From positions 2,336,001-2,400,000 of the forward strand of contig CBDFJR010000005.1 of NCBI GenBank assembly GCA_965248535.1: DNA of 64,000 bases. The letters are read 5' to 3'. The DNA is from Phormidesmis sp. Its GTDB lineage: Bacteria > Cyanobacteriota > Cyanobacteriia > Leptolyngbyales > Leptolyngbyaceae. The position numbers and the translations under genes were made by a program. The notes below the pieces were generated by a model that did no database searches, was not told the DNA's origin, and worked only from the letters and a program-made list of their open reading frames with translations. Shown piece by piece: positions 9,753-18,926 of the stretch. Each line of letters opens with the position of its first letter. Position 1 is the stretch's first letter.

Positions 9753-10949
9753 TTACCATTGTCCTGAATGGTCTTCATGTTGCAGATGCGTGAGTTGGCG
9801 GCGCTTCCAAGCATAGTGTAAAACATTAATCCCTAGCTCTTGAGCCGTGCGAATCGTCGTCCGTGACAAGCTCAGTGCTGCATCTAATCCCCAAGCTGAA
9901 GCTAAGTTCCCGATCGACAATACCAATCCGCCGCCACTCAAGATCTGAATATTGTGATCATTCACCTGCGGTAAAGCAGCAAACAAGAAAGGTCGCGTTC
10001 GCAGCGGATGATCACGCCGATCTTGATCAAGCGATTTAAGCGAGATCTTCAGCTTTTGGGCTAAAGCTTGAGTCGCCTCAATCAAAGGAGTCGCATCAGG
10101 AGCCGCATCGACCAATAAAGTTCCGCCACTTTTGAGATAGTTCTCTACCGCAGCAAACTCGCGGGCATTGAGCGAAAAGCCTTGTTGACCCGTCAAATAC
10201 AGCAGATCATAATTTTGGAGATCGCCTGTCCACTCGATCGAGTCGATCGTGTCCGCTCCCTGTAGCACCGGGTAAAGCACCTCAACCGCTTGCAGAAAGT
10301 AAGAGAGATTAAAAAAGTTTTGGCTACAATCCGGGTCATCATTGTTGATCTGAGCGAGAGCACATAAGCCTTGAGGACGTGCCTGCGCCCGTCGCCGATA
10401 GCGTAAGTCTAAATCGCCATATCCAGGAAAAAAAACATCATTGGGTTGACTTAAAGCCTTTTTGTCAATTTGCAGCAGAATCCGACACACCTCGACTTCA
10501 GACCCATCAGGCGGACTGCTTCTTTCATCGATCCGAAAGGTTTCTTGCACAAACTCACTGGGCTTTTGCTCTTGCAGTTCATCAGGATCGCGATACTTGA
10601 CCAACAAATAGACAGTGACAGGTTCAGAACCTTTTAGCTCCGTGGCAATCCGAAAATCGATCGACTGAGGCACAACGATCAGATTTCCAGCAACATCAAT
10701 GGCAATCCCCGGCTGAATCTGAAGCCAGAGTTTGTCACGGTAGACCGCAGCCATTTCGGCAGGCGCATCAATCAACCGCACTCCCAACCCGCAGACAATC
10801 CCCGGCTGGTTAAGCGATTGATAATGGACATTTTGGCGCTGACGATGATAAGCATGGGCGCGTCGCCAGCGATCGGCGCTAATTAAAAGTCCGTCAGAAA
10901 CGTGGAGACGTTCAAAAGATTGGATTAGGGGCGGAAACGATCGGGGCAT
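9753..10949 (-). CDS. CIS-associated protein: tail-fibre/baseplate-attachment-like N-terminus + DUF4159-like C-terminus
   Basis: ERLHVSDGLLISADRW..QPGIVCGLGV..IQPGIAIDVAGN N-terminus; YDLLYLTG..YLKSGGTLLVD..HPL..AWG..ELGINVLHYA C-terminus; last gene of the baseplate operon. Confidence 0.7.
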   Translation of the reverse strand: MPRSFPPLIQSFERLHVSDGLLISADRWRRAHAYHRQRQNVHYQSLNQPGIVCGLGVRLIDAPAEMAAVYRDKLWLQIQPGIAIDVAGNLIVVPQSIDFRIATELKGSEPVTVYLLVKYRDPDELQEQKPSEFVQETFRIDERSSPPDGSEVEVCRILLQIDKKALSQPNDVFFPGYGDLDLRYRRRAQARPQGLCALAQINNDDPDCSQNFFNLSYFLQAVEVLYPVLQGADTIDSIEWTGDLQNYDLLYLTGQQGFSLNAREFAAVENYLKSGGTLLVDAAPDATPLIEATQALAQKLKISLKSLDQDRRDHPLRTRPFLFAALPQVNDHNIQILSGGGLVLSIGNLASAWGLDAALSLSRTTIRTAQELGINVLHYAWKRRQLTHLQHEDHSGQW

Positions 10950-10978
10950 CTCTTTAACACCTTGAAGAATGATCAGAA

Positions 10979-12070
10979 CTAAGACGGTGGCTCAATGATT
11001 AACTCATAAGTGCAGAAAGCAGGTTTTTCATGATCGATAATTCGTCGCACTAAAGGCTCGTCGATTAGGCTCCCCGCAGTCAGCCGCAGCCGCACCGCAA
11101 ACTGGTAGGGCTGCCCACCTCCAATCACTGCATCGACTCCTAAAGAAGACCCTCCCAACTCAAACCCTCGACCAAACGGCTCGGTAATCGCGATCGCTCG
11201 ATCGGCTTCTGAGGGCATCTGATCGTCTAACGGCAGCCCGGTATATAAATGCAGATAAAGCCGCAACCCTTTGCGAGTGCCGCGCCAGCGATATAGCTCG
11301 ATCGCTCGCTTAATCAGTTGTCGCTGTTGATGCAAATCCCAGCTTGGGTCGCTTGACCACGCCACCCAGTGCGATAAAAAAGGCAGTAATGCTTCGGGAG
11401 CAGTTAGGGGGTCGAGATTGGCCCACATACTCGTAAAGCTATTGACGACAGGTTCAAACGCTTGCTCAAACACTTTGATGAAGCGACTGATAAAATCAAC
11501 TTCTCGATAGAGCAGCGGCAAAAAAGTGACGTAAGTACTGTGAGGACGCACATACAGATCTACATCCGACTGCTGCATGAGTTTAGGCATCCCACCGCCC
11601 TCATGGTCAGAGTGAGCATATACTGACAAGCAACTGCGAAAATTGAGCTTCAAGCGGTCTCGATCGACAATATCCGCGTCAGGATCTTCAAAAAAGGTTT
11701 CAGGAACCAAAAATAATAGCTCACCATACCAAACTCCCTTTGAGGGAACCTCGATCGTAGAACTATCTACAGCTTGCCACTCTAAGTTAGTTGCCACGGG
11801 CAGTCCTAGCTCACCAAGACTCATCCGACACCAATGCAGAGGAAAGTTTCCCTCAATTTGAAACGTGAGCCGCAGCGCATGAGACTCCCAGTTCTGGATC
11901 TGCACCGACATCCGACTCGGATCTCCAGGATGAAGCACCAAACTTGCATTGCCAGAGGTCACTACCGTCTGTTCAGCAAGACCCAGCAGCCCCGACTGTG
12001 GAGCCGCTTCAGGAATTTGCATCGGGGTCAACTGTAAGCTGATGCTGTGCTGAGTCAGAGTGGGGAGCAT
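10979..12070 (-). CDS. Phage tail protein I-like baseplate wedge subunit (CIS)
   Basis: FLPLLYRE..LDPLTAPEALLPFLSHWVAW..IKRAIELYRWRGTRKGL..EKPAFC. Confidence 0.85.
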   Translation of the reverse strand: MLPTLTQHSISLQLTPMQIPEAAPQSGLLGLAEQTVVTSGNASLVLHPGDPSRMSVQIQNWESHALRLTFQIEGNFPLHWCRMSLGELGLPVATNLEWQAVDSSTIEVPSKGVWYGELLFLVPETFFEDPDADIVDRDRLKLNFRSCLSVYAHSDHEGGGMPKLMQQSDVDLYVRPHSTYVTFLPLLYREVDFISRFIKVFEQAFEPVVNSFTSMWANLDPLTAPEALLPFLSHWVAWSSDPSWDLHQQRQLIKRAIELYRWRGTRKGLRLYLHLYTGLPLDDQMPSEADRAIAITEPFGRGFELGGSSLGVDAVIGGGQPYQFAVRLRLTAGSLIDEPLVRRIIDHEKPAFCTYELIIEPPS

Positions 12071-12124
12071 AAGCCAATGAGCTAGTTTATGGAACTGGAA
12101 ACACTAGAGAGAAACGGTCTGAAG

Positions 12125-14338
12125 TCACGATCGAATCACATTGATCACATGGCTCGATCGCAGCCGTTCATCCGCCCACGAACAAATCAAGCCCAACTCA
12201 CCCGGATCGATAAAGGGTTCTGGTGAGGGCTGACGTTGCCAACGTTCACCCTGTCGCCGAATTGGAAACAGCAAGACTGCACCCAAATAGCGCACTCCTG
12301 GCGTTTGTTGCAGCAGTGCCATCAGGTCTGAAGGATAAACCGGACGACCCAACTCCCATCCTTTGCCTTCTGCTCCTCCGGTGATCGGATTGAGATAGCG
12401 ATAAAGATTGCTCCGCAGCCGATGGACGATCTCTTGTCGTGCCGCAGGATTGCTGTAAATTGATTCGAGGGCGACTTCGGCTTGAACCGAGACTCCGACA
12501 TACTCTGGGACTTCTAGCTGCACCTGCACCCCAAGCAGCCGTCGTTCATCTAAATCATGCAGAATCTGCTCTTGCAGCGCCGCAGTCAGGGCAAAGCGGT
12601 CTGGCGGAATCCCTGACTGCACGGTGTCGGCGGTTGCTTGGGGCACAATCAACAAGCCAACGCTTCCCGCACTGCGGTTGGCACCTGCTGGCAGACAGCG
12701 CACCCGCGAGATTGCGCCTCTGCCTGCTTGGTGGGTCAACACTTCAAAATCTTCGGCGGTGACAGCTCGATCGCGCGATCGTAGCGTTAGAGGCGCTCGC
12801 AGCACCGCTTGATCGAGCGATTCGGCATCCGCGCCATACAGTGCAGGGGCATGATTAGTGACGCTGGCAACATAGGGAATGGCAGACTTGAGAAACCTCA
12901 GCGTCCCATCTTGCACATTTCCTTTTTTTCCGCCACCCGTGCGATACGCCATCAGCGTAATCACCGCTCCGCGTGCGGGAACTGCACCATACTGATGTTC
13001 TAATCGGCGACGCGACGATTCTCTTCCCGTCACAGCCGCATCAATCTCGCTAGAACTGGGGAGTTGCGTTTGCCAATCGCTCAACGATCGCGCCTCTGTC
13101 TCAAGCGGTTGCTTCAGCGATTCCGGTTCTCGAATCAGCGGCCCAAACTGAATTGTTCCCGTGAGTGAATTAATCGTGTAGTGGCGATCGTCGGGAGCCG
13201 ACTCCGCAAAATCTTTCACTTCTTGCCACGTTTGCGGCAATCCTCCGGCTGGAGTGACCACAATATACTCGTTCGATCGTCGCTCTAAAATCGGGGGAGC
13301 CTGAACCTGAAAACTCTGCCCCGGTTTGCCATTGCTGATGCCCAACTGCTCCTGCTGAATCAAAACGCTCTGGCTTGCCCGCACCGTGCCGCCCATCGAT
13401 CGCACCGCAATGCCCGTCACTCGTGGAGAACTGGTGTAACCGGGTTGAGTCGCGGTCGGCTCGATCAAAGCACACCGCAGCCAGCGCCCCCGATAAGCGG
13501 TAAAGCTCACGATCGGAAACTGCTCTGGCAAATGCAACACAATGTCTGCCCCTTGTTCGGGGCTTCCCCCTTGTTGAGCCACTTCATGAAAACTAAAGCC
13601 GCCCGTTGCGTCGTCAGATTCATGCAGCAACACCGATTGCCAGTTTTGCCCGTTCCAAGCTTCCCAACGACGCGGCGGATGAGCAGGATCGATGCCCGTT
13701 GGCGTTCCTCTCGCTCCTTTCAAGGTCAGGGCTAAAACATTGCCATCAAGATCTTCATCTGCCCCCAAAACGAGGTAAAAGCAATTACCAGCCTGGGGTT
13801 GTTCCGAAAACAATGATTGCTCATTGCCCGACCAAATACTCTCGGTTTGCTCTGCCCACTGACTGCGATCGTGGAGAGCTTGCGGTGAATGATCTGCCGT
13901 TGAAGCCGTCAGAAAATGTCTGAGGATGGCTTTCCCGATTGTTAAATTCTCATTGCTGCTAAACACGATCGCTTCCTGCGTTTCGGTGCGTTCGGTGGCG
14001 ACTTCTGTTCCTTGAACAATTTGATAGGGTTCTGGCAGAGTGGTGGTGAGATAAAACGTAAGCTGAGTTTGGGCAGGAGCAGGTGGCTGAAGGCGAACCC
14101 CTAAAAGTTCTAAAAACGCCACATAATTCTTACGCGGCACTTGATTAAACCGCATCAGCATTTGATCGGTTAACCAAGCAAACAATTCAACCAGCGTAAT
14201 GCCTGGATCACTGAGGTTGTGATCTGTCCATTCTGGACAATAGCGGGGAATCCGCAGCAGGCACTCTTCGACTAATTCATCAAAAGTACGATCGTCGAGA
14301 TTAGAACTCGGTAGTTTGGGTAAAAAATCAAATTCCAC
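12125..14338 (-). CDS. Baseplate J/gp6-like wedge protein (CIS)
   Basis: LDDRTFDELVEE..RIPRYCPEWTDHNLSDPGITLVELFAW; YRTGGGKKGNV; GADAES..RAVTAEDFE; GTG start. Confidence 0.92.
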   Translation of the reverse strand: MEFDFLPKLPSSNLDDRTFDELVEECLLRIPRYCPEWTDHNLSDPGITLVELFAWLTDQMLMRFNQVPRKNYVAFLELLGVRLQPPAPAQTQLTFYLTTTLPEPYQIVQGTEVATERTETQEAIVFSSNENLTIGKAILRHFLTASTADHSPQALHDRSQWAEQTESIWSGNEQSLFSEQPQAGNCFYLVLGADEDLDGNVLALTLKGARGTPTGIDPAHPPRRWEAWNGQNWQSVLLHESDDATGGFSFHEVAQQGGSPEQGADIVLHLPEQFPIVSFTAYRGRWLRCALIEPTATQPGYTSSPRVTGIAVRSMGGTVRASQSVLIQQEQLGISNGKPGQSFQVQAPPILERRSNEYIVVTPAGGLPQTWQEVKDFAESAPDDRHYTINSLTGTIQFGPLIREPESLKQPLETEARSLSDWQTQLPSSSEIDAAVTGRESSRRRLEHQYGAVPARGAVITLMAYRTGGGKKGNVQDGTLRFLKSAIPYVASVTNHAPALYGADAESLDQAVLRAPLTLRSRDRAVTAEDFEVLTHQAGRGAISRVRCLPAGANRSAGSVGLLIVPQATADTVQSGIPPDRFALTAALQEQILHDLDERRLLGVQVQLEVPEYVGVSVQAEVALESIYSNPAARQEIVHRLRSNLYRYLNPITGGAEGKGWELGRPVYPSDLMALLQQTPGVRYLGAVLLFPIRRQGERWQRQPSPEPFIDPGELGLICSWADERLRSSHVINVIRS

Positions 14339-14340
14339 GG

Positions 14341-14757
14341 CTACTCCGCCATTGAGATTAAGTAGAACGGATAAACAAAGCTGTAGGCATCAGGATAGTT
14401 TTTTAGCCGATAGTCGATAATGATGTCTACTCTGCCGCGCACGGGGTCTGGATCAGTTCGGACTTCATCAATTAGAATGCGCGGTTCCCAAGTCCGCAGC
14501 GCCTCTAAGACATAGAGGCGAATCCGCAGCAGGGTATCACTATTGAGGGGAGCAAACACAAGCTCAGACAGGCGGCAGCCAAAGTTTGGGCGATAGACCC
14601 GCTCTCCCAGCCCGGTTCGCAGAATAATCCAAATCGCTTCTTTCACTTTTTGGGCAGCCACACTGACCTGCATACCCCCCTGAACATTGAGATGGAGGGG
14701 AAACGCAAAGCCTGCGCCTAAATGCTCTCGCTGCTGACTGTTCCGCAGATCTGCCAT
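14341..14757 (-). CDS. GPW/gp25-family baseplate protein (CIS)
   Basis: HLGAGFAFP..IILRTGLGERVYRPNFGCRL..WEPRI; ATG at 14757 after an AGAGGA RBS. Confidence 0.92.
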   Translation of the reverse strand: MADLRNSQQREHLGAGFAFPLHLNVQGGMQVSVAAQKVKEAIWIILRTGLGERVYRPNFGCRLSELVFAPLNSDTLLRIRLYVLEALRTWEPRILIDEVRTDPDPVRGRVDIIIDYRLKNYPDAYSFVYPFYLISMAE

Positions 14758-14954
14758 AGGTTCCTCTGCTGAGTATGGCACTTAGAATACTGGGCTTGTC
14801 GTTAGGCTTCACTAGCTGAAAGTCGAAATCTAGTCCGCGATCGCTCACTTTACGATCGCCCCGCTTGACATTGCGTGAGCGATCGCGGACTGTGGGACAG
14901 TCGGGCAAGATCTTTGCAGTCGAGCGAACTCTTTATACTGTAAAATAGGCTCTC

Positions 14955-16364
14955 ATGATTGGTCGAGTGCTGGATGGACGTTATCGAGTCGTTGCTGAAC
15001 TTGGCGGTGGAGGGTTCAGCCGGACTTATATTGGAGAAGATACCCGCCGACCGGGGAATCCCAAATGTGTAATTAAACATCTCTTCCTCGATCGCTTCGA
15101 TCCCCAGCAGGTCGTCATAGCAAAGCGTTTGTTTAAAGGCGAGGCAGAAACGTTAGAAAAACTGGGGCGACATGACCAGATTCCGCAACTGTTTGCCTAC
15201 CTAGAAGAAGAGTTTTGTCTAGTCCAGGAATTTATCGAAGGGGTTCCTCTCAACGTTGAGTTAGTGCCAGAACAACACTGGAGCGAAGCAAAAGTCGTAG
15301 AATTGCTCAACGATGTTTTAGGCATTTTGGAGTATGTGCATCAACAAGGCGTGATTCACCGAGATATCAAACCCGAAAATCTGATTCGGCGGCAGTCTGA
15401 TGGCAAGTTTGTGCTCATTGACTTTGGAGCCGTGAAGCTGATTCCGCAATCGCTGGGGACTCAAGCCCAGATCAATCCGACGATCATGATTGGTACGCTA
15501 GGCTACTATCCAACTGAGCAAGGGCAAGGCAGACCTCGACCGAGCAGCGATCTCTATGCTCTGGGCATGATTGCGATTCAAGCGCTGACGGGAATTCATC
15601 CAAGAGCGATCGAAGAAGAGCCGACAACGGGCGAAATTCAGTGGCAACATCTAATTCCAGTGACTCCAAAGTTGGCAGACGTGCTGACCAAATTGGTTCG
15701 CTACCACTTCAAAGACCGTTATCTGACAGCAACCGACGCGATCGCGGCAGTGCGATCGCTTCAGACTCAACCGCAAGGAAGGCCCAGATCGACGATCGTT
15801 TGGGGGAGCGCGATCGCGGCGGGGGGAGTTGCGATCGCGGCGTTGATCTTTCTCAAATTTTCTCAACCAACTCCGCAAACGACTCCAGCCAACGGTGCAG
15901 TGCAGTCTTCTTCTACGCCCTCACGTCCAATACCAACCAATCCGCAAACTCCTTCGGCACTTCCAAGCCAAGTGCGATATAACTACGAGAAATTGCAGAT
16001 TGAATTAAGACGGCAAAACCTCGAAGAGGCTAACCAAACGACCTTCAATCTTATGTTAGGAATTGCAGGGCAAAAATCAAGCAATTCTGGTGCGTTCGAT
16101 CCCACTGAATGGAACCGCTTTCCTTGTGATCAGCTTGTCAAAATCGACCAATTGTGGAGTAGCGCAAGCAATGGGGAGCAGGGATTTAGTGTGCAATCTG
16201 ATGTTTATCAGAAGTTTGGAAAAAACATTAGACAGTTCTACAGGGCTGTGGGTTGGGCGGATGAGCGAGGCACCATTAAGAAAAAGATCGATTTCAACAA
16301 TCTACGGAAGGGTTCTCTACCGGTTTCAAGCGCATTCCAGGGGTATGCAGCTTGTAAACTATAG
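14955..16364 (+). CDS. Hanks-type Ser/Thr kinase with TM helix and C-terminal GUN4-like domain
   Basis: LGGGGFSRTY, VIK, IHRDIKPEN, DFG, GTLGY, SDLYALG; TM WGSAIAAGGVAIAALIFL; FPCDQLVKIDQLWSSASNGEQGFSVQ GUN4 motif. Confidence 0.93.
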   Translation: MIGRVLDGRYRVVAELGGGGFSRTYIGEDTRRPGNPKCVIKHLFLDRFDPQQVVIAKRLFKGEAETLEKLGRHDQIPQLFAYLEEEFCLVQEFIEGVPLNVELVPEQHWSEAKVVELLNDVLGILEYVHQQGVIHRDIKPENLIRRQSDGKFVLIDFGAVKLIPQSLGTQAQINPTIMIGTLGYYPTEQGQGRPRPSSDLYALGMIAIQALTGIHPRAIEEEPTTGEIQWQHLIPVTPKLADVLTKLVRYHFKDRYLTATDAIAAVRSLQTQPQGRPRSTIVWGSAIAAGGVAIAALIFLKFSQPTPQTTPANGAVQSSSTPSRPIPTNPQTPSALPSQVRYNYEKLQIELRRQNLEEANQTTFNLMLGIAGQKSSNSGAFDPTEWNRFPCDQLVKIDQLWSSASNGEQGFSVQSDVYQKFGKNIRQFYRAVGWADERGTIKKKIDFNNLRKGSLPVSSAFQGYAACKL

Positions 16365-16522
16365 CCTTGCTAACTCTGTAGAGCTGTTGGCATTGTGATT
16401 CATTGGCTAAAGTGCATCAGTCGTTCAAAGTTTCACCTAATACACCTTGTCAGAGACTAAGCATTTAAAACTATGACTACTTAAACCTTTATAAGCCACA
16501 CATGGTACTGGTAAAGAAAGCA

Positions 16523-17035
16523 ATGCAATTCAAAAGTCATTTCTTTTCAATTGTCTTGGGAATGCTAGGTTCATTTTTCTGGGGCATTTCACCCACGATC
16601 GCGGCTGAAGCAAGCACAACCCAGGATGATTACACTCGATTGCAAACCGCGCTCAATCAGCGAGACTTTAAAACGGCTGATGCCCTGACTTACAAGCTCA
16701 TGCTGAGAATTGCAGGACAAAAATCTAGCAATTCTCGTGCGTTTAATCTCACTGAATGGAACAGCTTTCCTTGTGGTCATCTGATCAAAATTGACCAGCT
16801 ATGGAGCAGTGCAACCAATGGAGAGCAAGGATTTAGTGTGCAATCTCAGCTTTATCAAGGAGCAACAGCCCATAAAGCCGAGCAAGTCTACAGAACGGTA
16901 GGGTGGATGGATGGACGCGGAAAGTTCAAAAAGCCGAATTATCAATCTCCACTGTCGGGTTCTTTACCCTTCCAACTCGCTTGGCAAGACGGGAACGAAC
17001 ATCGGTTCGAGAAGTTTACGGCTTGTAACTTGTAA
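16523..17035 (+). CDS. Secreted stand-alone GUN4-like domain protein
   Basis: Signal-peptide-like MQFKSHFFSIVLGMLGSFFWGISPTIAA; FPCGHLIKIDQLWSSATNGEQGFSVQ; alternative start at 16502. Confidence 0.85.
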   Translation: MQFKSHFFSIVLGMLGSFFWGISPTIAAEASTTQDDYTRLQTALNQRDFKTADALTYKLMLRIAGQKSSNSRAFNLTEWNSFPCGHLIKIDQLWSSATNGEQGFSVQSQLYQGATAHKAEQVYRTVGWMDGRGKFKKPNYQSPLSGSLPFQLAWQDGNEHRFEKFTACNL

Positions 17036-17063
17036 ACCTTTGAGCAATCAAATTGGAGGAACA

Positions 17064-18029
17064 ATGCAATTAAAGCACCGTTTTTTATTCTTTATATTAG
17101 GAACGCTTGGTTCAGTATGTTTGAGCATTTGTGGCGCGATCGCGGCTGAGGCCCAGACGGTCAGAGCGTCCGCAACGATTGCCCAAGGCGCGACTCCACC
17201 TCCGCTTCCACCGGATACCCCTTCAACAGATTTGAATGCTGTAAGAGCGATCCATCAGCAGATCAACGATGGCTATTCTCAACGAGCTGAAGCCGCCGCC
17301 GCCGCCGCAAATCAGCGTCAACAGGCCCGTCAGCAACAGTTCGACGATACCGTCGAAAAACATGATGCCCAAGCGGAAGAGGATGCAAAACAAGCGGTAG
17401 TCCCTACGCGCACACCGTTCCAACCGGAAACGGAAAATCTGGCTCAAGCCGCGACACCGCCTCCCCTTCCACCTGACTCGCCGATGAGAGTTGAGACACC
17501 GCCTCCCCTTCCACCTGATTCTCCGGTGAGCGACTCACCTCAACCAAAGGCAGAATATTCTATCGTCCAGGCTCCCGTTGTATCGTCAAGCCAGCCAAAA
17601 TCTAGCGAAAAAGCAAATGCGAAAAAGCTGAATCTGGGTAAACTATCGTTTGCGTGTGCCGCCAAGGATGGAACACCTACCACGATCGCGAAGCTAAACG
17701 ATCGTGAGTTAGGCGTAATTGTTTGGACTTCTACATTTTTCGCGCCGACAGGGTTTAATCCGCAAATGCGCTGTGATTCTGTATCTAAACGGTTTGAAGC
17801 ATACAGCAAAGCGCACAAACTGATCTATCTCGCGATCGGCAAACTCAACAACCAACGTGTCCTTTGTGCAACGAGTCAGGAAAATGGTAGCTGCGGGGAT
17901 GGCACTGTAAATAATGCAGGATTGCTGTTGACGCTCAAGCCTGACAGTAATGCTCAAGAAGAGTTAGATCAACTGTCTAAGGTATTAATAAGTGAGGCAA
18001 ACACCCCGTCTGACCCCCTAAAAGAGTAA
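17064..18029 (+). CDS. Secreted COP23-domain protein with Pro-rich repeats
   Basis: GGAGG RBS before ATG 17064; signal peptide; three TPPPLPPD(T/S)P repeats; FAC..PTT..IVW..F..GFNPQMRCDSVSKRF..GKLNNQRVLC..LLLTL COP23-like C-terminus. Confidence 0.8.
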   Translation: MQLKHRFLFFILGTLGSVCLSICGAIAAEAQTVRASATIAQGATPPPLPPDTPSTDLNAVRAIHQQINDGYSQRAEAAAAAANQRQQARQQQFDDTVEKHDAQAEEDAKQAVVPTRTPFQPETENLAQAATPPPLPPDSPMRVETPPPLPPDSPVSDSPQPKAEYSIVQAPVVSSSQPKSSEKANAKKLNLGKLSFACAAKDGTPTTIAKLNDRELGVIVWTSTFFAPTGFNPQMRCDSVSKRFEAYSKAHKLIYLAIGKLNNQRVLCATSQENGSCGDGTVNNAGLLLTLKPDSNAQEELDQLSKVLISEANTPSDPLKE

Positions 18030-18057
18030 CAATACATCCTCATTTAAGGTGACTATC

Positions 18058-18234
18058 ATGCAAGAAATTGAAAGGTTTTTCACCAATTTGTTCAGTGGAA
18101 TCTTTAATCGCTTCAAGTACGATGCGATAGAGGTTGCTGAGAGAAAAGCGCGAGAAGCCATTGATTCAAAGGTGAATCAGCAGCATCAATCTAAACCAGA
18201 AGAGCAAGAGGAGCGTGAAAAGGAGCAATGGTAA
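18058..18234 (+). CDS. Small hypothetical protein
   Basis: AAGGTG before ATG; amphipathic N-terminus (ERFFTNLFSGIFNRF) and charged tail; overlaps the 3' end of the convergent DUF1822 gene. Confidence 0.5.
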   Translation: MQEIERFFTNLFSGIFNRFKYDAIEVAERKAREAIDSKVNQQHQSKPEEQEEREKEQW

Positions 18235-18926
18235 CCTTCAAGTATTGGTGAGAACCCAAGCTCGATCGCAATAGACCTATTGTTGTTCAATGAGCGGGCA
18301 GCTTGTTTCTGATTAAAAGTCTTCTGAAGCCATTGTGTGAACCTGATGGTCGTCTTGGTTAGAGCAACTAAAGACTGGTTTATGGCTGGATCGCTAATCG
18401 GTAACGCGATCTCAGCAGGGTGTAAGAAATGACAATAGAATAGCAAATGGTTCGGTTCAGTATCTAAGACCGCGAGTGGTAGCTCATAGTAACCATCTTG
18501 GAGGTTGCAATGCTTGAGATCGCGAATTAGCTCCTCATAGCGGCAAAAGCCCCGCACCGTCACCAATTCCTGCTCTTCTGACACCTCATGTAGTACATAA
18601 AAGTGCGCTGTCAGCTTAGGTTGCTCGACTACAGCTTGAGGAATTCGCACGGTTTCATCTAAAATATGCTCGACGGCAATTAGACAAAGTGTGAACCCAC
18701 ACGCCTCAATATAACAAGCAGAGTCAGTGAGTTTAGTCGATCGCTCAACAGCTTTTTCTGGTAATCGGTCTCTCAACCACTGCTCAAAACCCAGTAATGC
18801 CAGCGCGTTTAAATAGCTTTCCCACTGTTGCGCTTCGGGCGATGAGCAATTACTCATTGCTTTTGCCTGTTCAATTTGTTCAGGCTCTAGCCAAATCATT
18901 TCTGACAACAACAGTCTAGAATTCAT
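18186..18926 (-). CDS. DUF1822-family protein, apparently C-terminally truncated
   Basis: QWESYLNALALLGFEQWL..AHFYVLHEV..VRGF; similarity to the 33281 paralogue stops after RFTQWLQKTF; start overlaps the sigma-like gene stop (ATGA). Confidence 0.75.
   Translation of the reverse strand: MNSRLLLSEMIWLEPEQIEQAKAMSNCSSPEAQQWESYLNALALLGFEQWLRDRLPEKAVERSTKLTDSACYIEACGFTLCLIAVEHILDETVRIPQAVVEQPKLTAHFYVLHEVSEEQELVTVRGFCRYEELIRDLKHCNLQDGYYELPLAVLDTEPNHLLFYCHFLHPAEIALPISDPAINQSLVALTKTTIRFTQWLQKTFNQKQAARSLNNNRSIAIELGFSPILEGYHCSFSRSSCSSGLD

Noticed and set aside
9753..14757. Prophage
   Set aside because: No capsid, terminase, portal or integrase; the genes are CIS-type baseplate components
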